Source: Spirochaetales bacterium (lineage in GTDB: Bacteria; Spirochaetota; Spirochaetia; SZUA-6; JAFGRV01). Taken from it: a DNA stretch of 64,000 bases. Shown here piece by piece: positions 58,050-64,000 of the stretch. A program made the position numbers and the translations under genes. Where the stretch lies: NCBI GenBank assembly GCA_016935735.1, contig JAFGQK010000119.1:254-64253 (forward strand). Reading direction: 5' to 3'. Position 1 is the first letter of the stretch, and each line of letters starts with the position of its first letter. The notes beneath the pieces are model-generated. The model worked only from the letters and a program-made list of their open reading frames with translations. It did no database searches and was not told where the DNA came from.

Positions 58050-59544
58050 CCCGGATGGAAATAATACCGGAATTGTCGGATGTCTCTATTCGTATTGTTC
58101 CCGTATCAAAAAACCGTTCGCATATGTCCTGGTGATACATAATATAGTGTATTTTCTTTAAAGGGATGCAGAGAACCGTTCTGGAAAGGAGTCTTTTTTC
58201 CATATATACGGCTTCTGCTGATTTTTCGATTGTCGATTTATCTGCCGGTAAATCTGTTATAAAGAGAGAAAATGTGCTGCACATATACATTACTGCTCTA
58301 TCCAGGCATTTCAGACCAAGTGCTGCCAGGATGATATAAAAGACAAGAGTGAAAAAAAAGAAAATATTGTCCTGGGTAAGAAAATCAAGATGAAATATTT
58401 CCGGGACTTTGAAAAGTTTTATTAATGAATAAAGTAAATCCGATACTGGTTTTATTTCAACATAGACAATTCCGGTAATAATGCCAGTACGGAGTAATAC
58501 CCAGAACAGATGATATAGTGACAAGCCCCCGGAGAAAATCAATTCCATATTACTCCGGTTTGTAAACATACCGCGGTGAAGTTTTTGCCTGAATCGAAAG
58601 GCCGCATCATAGATGGTTCTGCTTAAAAGAAGAACTGGTACAAAGAAATGGGGAAAAAGAACGGCAATTACCATATTGGAAATAAAAAAGGTATTTATAG
58701 AATGAAACAGGGAAATCAGGGAAGCGAAGACAGGCTGCAGAAAAGGAATTCCATCTATATTATTATACTGTTCCGGGGTGAAAGTGGAGATCAAAAAAAG
58801 AACCAGGATAATAAAGTAACAGAACAGTATAAACCGGTAAGAAATAACGAAATTTTTATCGCCCAATAGTTTTTTAAACAGGGGATAGGTGAAAAACCAG
58901 CCGGAAGAAAAAGAACACATATAGATAAACAGGGGATGAAGAGGAAATACAAGACGAAACGTCAGTAAAAGAAAAAAGGAAATGATGCCTGATGCCACAG
59001 GGAGAATACTTTTTGGCCAGAGGAGATCCTTGTCTTTCAGGTAAAAATAGAGAAAAATACCCAGAAAAATTATCCCGGCGACCAGGGCAATAAAGAGAAA
59101 AGAAACGAAAAAGAAAATAAATGAAGAAGCAAGAAAAAAAGAAAGTATCCCATAAACAATAAAAGAATAAACAAGAAAGGCAGCGAAAATATAGAGAAAA
59201 GTCGCCATGTTTGTTTTTATTCCGGATGTAATCATAGTTTTCAGGGAGTCCAGGTCTTTTTCATGATATTCAAGTATGTTGTTGAGTTTATTTTTCGAAC
59301 GGATGAGAAGCAATATTCTTAAGAAAAGTATGGAAAAAGCAAGCAGGGAGACGATCCCTATCCCCATTATAGCCGGGACATAGTTACATTGAGAAAAAAA
59401 GAGAGGAAATAAGAAAGCAATGTGGAGCAGGAGGGAAAAAAGGAATAAATTCAAAAAAAAGGGAAATAGTCTGTCCTCTTTCTGCGCATTGAGCACAGCC
59501 TTTGCCTCCAGGAACCTGAGTGTGCCGATTATTGTCTGAATCAT
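57988..59544 (-). CDS. Polytopic membrane protein with C-terminal bacterial PH (bPH_2) domain
   Basis: About 11 TMs; 'IPLKKIHYIMYHQDICERFFDTGTIRIETS...IRGVP' typical of bPH_2. Confidence 0.75.
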   Translation of the reverse strand: MIQTIIGTLRFLEAKAVLNAQKEDRLFPFFLNLFLFSLLLHIAFLFPLFFSQCNYVPAIMGIGIVSLLAFSILFLRILLLIRSKNKLNNILEYHEKDLDSLKTMITSGIKTNMATFLYIFAAFLVYSFIVYGILSFFLASSFIFFFVSFLFIALVAGIIFLGIFLYFYLKDKDLLWPKSILPVASGIISFFLLLTFRLVFPLHPLFIYMCSFSSGWFFTYPLFKKLLGDKNFVISYRFILFCYFIILVLFLISTFTPEQYNNIDGIPFLQPVFASLISLFHSINTFFISNMVIAVLFPHFFVPVLLLSRTIYDAAFRFRQKLHRGMFTNRSNMELIFSGGLSLYHLFWVLLRTGIITGIVYVEIKPVSDLLYSLIKLFKVPEIFHLDFLTQDNIFFFFTLVFYIILAALGLKCLDRAVMYMCSTFSLFITDLPADKSTIEKSAEAVYMEKRLLSRTVLCIPLKKIHYIMYHQDICERFFDTGTIRIETSDNSGIISIRGVPRIKEKYNQLIDKAKSAV

Positions 59545-59556
59545 ACTCCCTCTTTA

Positions 59557-60036
59557 TTATTTTAATTTTGTAAAGAGATTTGCCATCTCGATTGCTGCTT
59601 CTGCGGTATGAAACCCCTTGTTCCCTGCTTTTGTTCCTGCCCGTTCAATTGCCTGCTCAATGTTTTCTGTCGTGAGTATCCCGAAAAGTACCGGAATATC
59701 ATATTTCATCGCTGTCTGGGCAATACCTTTTGATGCTTCGGCAGCAATATAATCGAAATGGCTTGTAGCACCCCGGATTAAGGTTCCCAGGCAGATAATT
59801 GCATTAAATTCCCTTGATTTTGCCATCCGCTGGGCTGTCACAGGTATTTCAAAAGAGCCGGGCACCCAGACGATCTCAATATCACTTTGCTTCACCTGGT
59901 GTCTTTGCAGGCAATCCAACGCCCCATCAAGGAGTTTTTGAGAGATAAACTCATTAAAACGGGATACAACAATACCGAAACAGAGATCCGTTCCGATTAA
60001 ATCACCTTCAATTACCTTTATTTTGTTTTTTTCCAT
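59557..60036 (-). CDS. ribH: 6,7-dimethyl-8-ribityllumazine synthase
   Basis: 'VVSRFN', 'VPGSFEIP', '[10 protein letters not shown]', '[14 protein letters not shown]'. Confidence 0.98.
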   Translation of the reverse strand: MEKNKIKVIEGDLIGTDLCFGIVVSRFNEFISQKLLDGALDCLQRHQVKQSDIEIVWVPGSFEIPVTAQRMAKSREFNAIICLGTLIRGATSHFDYIAAEASKGIAQTAMKYDIPVLFGILTTENIEQAIERAGTKAGNKGFHTAEAAIEMANLFTKLK

Positions 60037-60058
60037 CGCTTCTACTCCTTTTATAATA

Positions 60059-61255
60059 CTAAAAACTCATCAAATGGCCCAGTTTATCTCTTTTTGTTTT
60101 AAGATAAAATTCATTTGTGGGCAGCGGTTTGATCTCGATTGAAATTCTCTTTGTTACCTGGAGACCATAACCGGACAGTCCTGCAATCTTTCTCGGATTA
60201 TTGGTGAGAAGCTGTATTGATGTCAATCCCAGATCGACTAAAATTTGTGCACCTAAACCATAATCCCTCAGATCCGGCGGGAATCCCAGTGCTTCATTGG
60301 CTTCGATCGTATCTTTCCCCTTATCCTGAAGCTCATATGCCTGTAATTTATGAAGAAGCCCGATGCCCCTTCCTTCCTGGCGCATATAGAGGAGTACTCC
60401 TTCACCCTGTCCGGCAATATATTCAAGGGCATAATGAAGCTGTGCACCGCAATCACAACGGAGTGATCCAAAGGCATCCCCTGTAAGACATTCCGAATGT
60501 ACACGAACAGGTACATTTTTCTTTCCCTTTATCTTCCCCTTTACCAGTGCTATATGACATTGTCCATCTATCATTGATTCATAGGCGATTGCAGTAAACT
60601 TCCCATACTGTGTGGGTAATTCGGTTACAGCGACCTGCCTGATTAACTTTTCTTTCTTAATTCTGTACTTTATAAGATCTGCAATGGTGATAAGGTGAAG
60701 ATCATGATGTTTTGCAAATTGTATAAGTTCCGGTACCCGGGACATTGTCCCATTATCATTCATTATTTCACAGATAACCCCGGCAGGAAAACACCCTGCT
60801 AAAACGGCAAGATCAATAGCTGCTTCTGTATGACCTGCCCGCTTAAGAACACCTCCTTCCTGGTAACGCAAAGGAAAGATATGCCCCGGTCTTGCAAAAT
60901 CCCCGGGCATGGATTTCGGATCAATAAGCTTTTTTATTGTAAGCCACCGTTCATGTGCAGAAATACCTGTGGTGCATTCCTTTGCATCGACAGATACACT
61001 GAACGCTGTCTTCATCTTCTCTGTATTTTCAGAGACCATGGGAGGAAGGTGAAGTTTATCAAGCCTTTCACCGGTAAGGGGAACACAGATGAGTCCCCTG
61101 CCGTATTTTGCCATAAAGTTAATTGTTTCTGTTGTTGCCTTTTCCGCAGCAATAATAAGATCCCCTTCATTTTCTCTTTCCTCATCATCAACAACAATGA
61201 TTAATTTCCCTTTTTCAAGATCACAAATCGCCTGCTCTATTGGTATGAAACACAT
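60059..61255 (-). CDS. ribBA: Bifunctional DHBP synthase / GTP cyclohydrolase II
   Basis: '[10 protein letters not shown]', 'RAGHTEA', '[18 protein letters not shown]', 'QEGRGIG', 'LTNNP'. Confidence 0.98.
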   Translation of the reverse strand: MCFIPIEQAICDLEKGKLIIVVDDEERENEGDLIIAAEKATTETINFMAKYGRGLICVPLTGERLDKLHLPPMVSENTEKMKTAFSVSVDAKECTTGISAHERWLTIKKLIDPKSMPGDFARPGHIFPLRYQEGGVLKRAGHTEAAIDLAVLAGCFPAGVICEIMNDNGTMSRVPELIQFAKHHDLHLITIADLIKYRIKKEKLIRQVAVTELPTQYGKFTAIAYESMIDGQCHIALVKGKIKGKKNVPVRVHSECLTGDAFGSLRCDCGAQLHYALEYIAGQGEGVLLYMRQEGRGIGLLHKLQAYELQDKGKDTIEANEALGFPPDLRDYGLGAQILVDLGLTSIQLLTNNPRKIAGLSGYGLQVTKRISIEIKPLPTNEFYLKTKRDKLGHLMSF

Positions 61256-61282
61256 ATCTTTTCACCCCCGCTGTTATATTCG

Positions 61283-61945
61283 TTAATATAAAAATCCTTT
61301 TTCCCTTAAATACTTTTTATCTATTTTACTATCAGTTTTTTTATCCTGTTCCGATTTTCGGAAATCGATAAGCTGTTCGATGTATTTGCTTATAATATCG
61401 CATTCAATATTCACCAAAGCACCTGGTTGAATATCATTTAATGTTGTTTTTTCCCGGGTATGAGGGATTACGGATACATCAAAGTTTTTATCTGTGCAGT
61501 TAAATGGGGTAAGACTTACCCCATCAATCGCTATTGATCCTTTTGATGCTATATATTTCATTAATTTACCGGATGCAGATATCTTGATAAAGTGCGAATT
61601 TCCTTTTGCCATAACTGTCAGGATTTTTCCTGTCCCATCGATATGTCCCATAACAAAATGTCCCCCAAAGGGTTCTCCTGCACGTAGTGCAGGTTCAAGG
61701 TTGCATTTATCTCCTGGTTTTAAAAGAGTAAGGTTTGATCTTTCCATAGTTTCAGGTGATACATCTGCCTCAAACAGTTCAAATGAAAAATAGATAACAG
61801 TAAGACAGACACCATTCACTGCGATACTGTCCCCTTTTTTAACCTCTTTTAGAACAATATCTGCTTTACAGGCAATACGTGTTCCAGTACCTGTTTGAGA
61901 TATTTCTGCAATTGTTCCTATTTCCTTAATTATACCGGTAAACAT
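61283..61945 (-). CDS. ribE: Riboflavin synthase alpha chain
   Basis: 'MFTGII', 'GDSIAVNGVCLT', 'GGHFVMGHID', 'KGSIAIDGVSLT'. Confidence 0.98.
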   Translation of the reverse strand: MFTGIIKEIGTIAEISQTGTGTRIACKADIVLKEVKKGDSIAVNGVCLTVIYFSFELFEADVSPETMERSNLTLLKPGDKCNLEPALRAGEPFGGHFVMGHIDGTGKILTVMAKGNSHFIKISASGKLMKYIASKGSIAIDGVSLTPFNCTDKNFDVSVIPHTREKTTLNDIQPGALVNIECDIISKYIEQLIDFRKSEQDKKTDSKIDKKYLREKGFLY

Positions 61946-61965
61946 AGATATTTCTAACCTCCCTT

Positions 61966-63093
61966 TTATTTATTAAAATAATATTCAAGCATAATATCAT
62001 CTCCAAATCGTTTTTGGCGTGAAAAGGTACACATCAAAGCAGCGTTTATATCTTCAATGCCTTTTCCCTCCACCCATGTCGGTGCTTCTTTACCGCCAAT
62101 AATCTTCGGCGCAATGAACAGAAAAAGTTTATCTGCCAGCCGGTTATTAATGATTGATGAGTTGAGTGTTCCTCCCCCTTCAAGGAAAACCGAGCAAATA
62201 CCCCTTTGTCCAAGAATTGTAAACAGTTTAAGGATATTCACCCTCCCGTTGTCGGATTCTGTCAGTATGATTTCCGCACCTTTTTGTTCAAGTGCATTGT
62301 ATTTTCGTTCAGGTAATCCGGTGGTTGATGCGATAATTGTCCTGTGACGTGTTGCCGGGTTCAATACCCGTGCATTAAGAGGAATTCTTCCCCTGCTGTC
62401 CACGATAATACGAGAAATCGGTTTCTCTTTTTTCCCGGAAAACCTGCATGTTAAAAGCGGATCATCGTTAAGCACTGTCCCGATTCCAACCATGACTGCA
62501 TCATGGATAAATCTGAGTTTATGAACAAACTTCCTGCTTGCTTCCCCTGTTATCCACCGGCTGCTTCCACTATACGATGCAATCTTTCCATCAAGGGTAA
62601 TTGCTGCTTTCATTGTAACAAATGGTAATCCCCCGGTTATATACTTACAAAATATTTCATTTATTTTCTTTGCATCAGTCTCAAGAACACCCGTTAAAAC
62701 GGAAATTCCCGCTTTTTTTAATGCAGCAATTCCTTTCCCATTTACCAGGGGATTCGGATCTTTCATCCCGATGACCACCCGCTTTATTTTATTCTGAATA
62801 ATCCTGTTTACACATGGAGGGGTTTTCCCGTAGTGGCAGCACGGTTCAAGATTTACATAAAGGGTACTCCCTTCTGCCTTTTTTCCTGCCTCAAGAAGGG
62901 CAATCACTTCCGCATGGGGAGTTCCTGCTCTTTTATGAAATCCCTGCCCGACAATTACTTCATTCTTTACCAGAATCGCCCCTACAGCAGGATTGGGAGA
63001 GGTCATTCCCTCTCCTCTTTTTGCCAGTGCAAGAGTTTTTTTCATAAATAAAATATCTTTATCAGTTATCTTATCACTGTTCATGAAACTCAC
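61966..63093 (-). CDS. ribD: Diaminohydroxyphosphoribosylaminopyrimidine deaminase/reductase
   Basis: 'NPAVGA', 'HAE', 'LEPCCHYGKTPPC', 'TLDGKIA', 'EGGG'. Confidence 0.98.
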   Translation of the reverse strand: MSFMNSDKITDKDILFMKKTLALAKRGEGMTSPNPAVGAILVKNEVIVGQGFHKRAGTPHAEVIALLEAGKKAEGSTLYVNLEPCCHYGKTPPCVNRIIQNKIKRVVIGMKDPNPLVNGKGIAALKKAGISVLTGVLETDAKKINEIFCKYITGGLPFVTMKAAITLDGKIASYSGSSRWITGEASRKFVHKLRFIHDAVMVGIGTVLNDDPLLTCRFSGKKEKPISRIIVDSRGRIPLNARVLNPATRHRTIIASTTGLPERKYNALEQKGAEIILTESDNGRVNILKLFTILGQRGICSVFLEGGGTLNSSIINNRLADKLFLFIAPKIIGGKEAPTWVEGKGIEDINAALMCTFSRQKRFGDDIMLEYYFNK

Positions 63094-63160
63094 TTCTTTA
63101 TATAAAAAGGTGAGGGAGGGTTATGATTTGCAATAACAAACAAGATAGATAAAAATAAGA

Positions 63161-63285
63161 GACCCTCTCCCATCCAGACTCTACTGTCGGCCCTGGAATT
63201 TCACCAGATCTATTACCTTACAGCTATCCTCTAAGGAATTCGCGGGCTTTACCGCCGGTCAGGAATTTCACCTTGCCCTGAAGGC
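63161..63285 (-). ncRNA. FMN riboswitch (RFN element)
   Basis: Minus strand: CTTCAGGGCAAGGTGAAATTCCTGACCGGCGGTAAAGCCCGCGA...GATCTGGTGAAATTCCAGGGCCGACAGTAGAGTCTGGATGGGAGAGG, directly upstream of ribD. Confidence 0.97.
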
Positions 63286-63370
63286 CATTCATGGTATATA
63301 TATATTACCCAACTTTTTATTTTTATGCAAGGAATTTTAAAAAATTGCTCCTGAATCTCTCTGTGTTACT

Positions 63371-64000
63371 ATGGGTGAAAATCCTGGTATTATTCCAGGA
63401 TTTTCAACCCGTAACACATACGTTGGCCGGAACCTGGTTGGCTGTAATCAAGGAGCGAGTTATAATGTATTTTCAGCTTTTCCTGTTTCAGGTTGTGGGA
63501 ATAGCCAACGCTATGTTTATAAAAAGGATCTGGAATTTATATATTATGAAATCACCAGGATTATCGACAATCTGAAGGATTTGCAGAAGATGATGGAATT
63601 TACTGCCTGGATGCAGGGCAATTTACCCATCCTGGGAATAGAAAGTGCCTGGCTTTTTCTTTATTCCCAATGCACTTCCGGCATCCACACGTACACATTG
63701 CTTACAGGTTATGACATGCAGGAACCGGGAGGGATAGAACTGAAGGATAAAATACCGGAAAACATGATTTTCGACGATATCCTTTCCAAAAGACCGGACC
63801 GTTTCTACTGCATCCTTCCCCTGTTATTCAAGGAAGAAAAATTCGGCCTGCTGGCTATGGAGGTGAATATATTCACCTCCCTTGTATACGATACGAAAAA
63901 CAGGCAACAGGGTATAGGCGTCGGACTTTCAATCGTAAAAAAGATTATTGACGAACTTGGGGCCGTCATTACGGTAGAAAAAAGAAAGGGGGGAGGAACC
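63371..64000 (+). CDS. Partial ORF, GAF-like segment fused to the end of a HATPase_c domain (possible pseudogene)
   Basis: Frame open from ATG 63371 to the window end: ...LPILGIESAWLFLY...CILPLLFKEEKFGLLAMEVN...YDTKNRQQGIGVGLSIVKKIIDELGAVITVEKRKGGGT. Confidence 0.6.
   Translation, partial: MGENPGIIPGFSTRNTYVGRNLVGCNQGASYNVFSAFPVSGCGNSQRYVYKKDLEFIYYEITRIIDNLKDLQKMMEFTAWMQGNLPILGIESAWLFLYSQCTSGIHTYTLLTGYDMQEPGGIELKDKIPENMIFDDILSKRPDRFYCILPLLFKEEKFGLLAMEVNIFTSLVYDTKNRQQGIGVGLSIVKKIIDELGAVITVEKRKGGGT

Noticed and set aside
396-63575. Numerous short ORFs (60-150 aa) in the track lying antisense to or out of frame within long genes
   Set aside because: They overlap well-supported genes, lack RBSs and family motifs, and read as shadow ORFs.
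63291-63575. 94-aa ORF in the track divergent from the riboswitch
   Set aside because: Overlaps the rib promoter region and is out of frame with the better-supported ORF starting at 63371.
1-64000. CRISPR array, tRNA, rRNA, transposase, integrase or prophage genes
   Set aside because: No regularly spaced repeats, cloverleafs or recombinase/phage motifs were recognised by eye; a covariance-model scan was not possible.

Overview
A low-GC bacterial chromosomal segment, most likely from a polysaccharide-degrading spirochaete. The evidence is a spirochaete-type STAS-zinc-ribbon/CesT/PspA cluster, spirochaete-like lipoboxes and diderm beta-barrel proteins; the taxonomy is an inference. Housekeeping content includes radA, acylphosphatase, a TrmJ-like methyltransferase, ktrAB, hsp20 with a sigma54 promoter, and an FMN-riboswitch-controlled ribD-ribE-ribBA-ribH operon. 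Accessory content includes three secreted dockerin-bearing carbohydrate enzymes (CE2, GH5-CBM32, CE6), two of them behind a transmembrane AraC sensor. There are two orphan solute-binding-protein/chemoreceptor pairs, one receptor carrying a Cys-rich insertion inside a HAMP domain. c-di-GMP genes include a tandem cNMP-GGDEF pair and a TPR-TM-HD-GYP protein followed by a Walker-A-less FlhG/MinD-like protein, divergent from an operon of one beta-barrel and two FN3-Kelch lipoproteins. Also present are an AT-rich cassette-like island (13-16 kb) with a perfect 24-bp palindrome, and at least two deletion scars. No rRNA, tRNA, CRISPR array, transposase or integrase was recognised. The best candidates for an undescribed system are the beta-barrel/Kelch-lipoprotein/HD-GYP locus, the dockerin secretome with its membrane AraC sensor, and the SBP-MCP modules.
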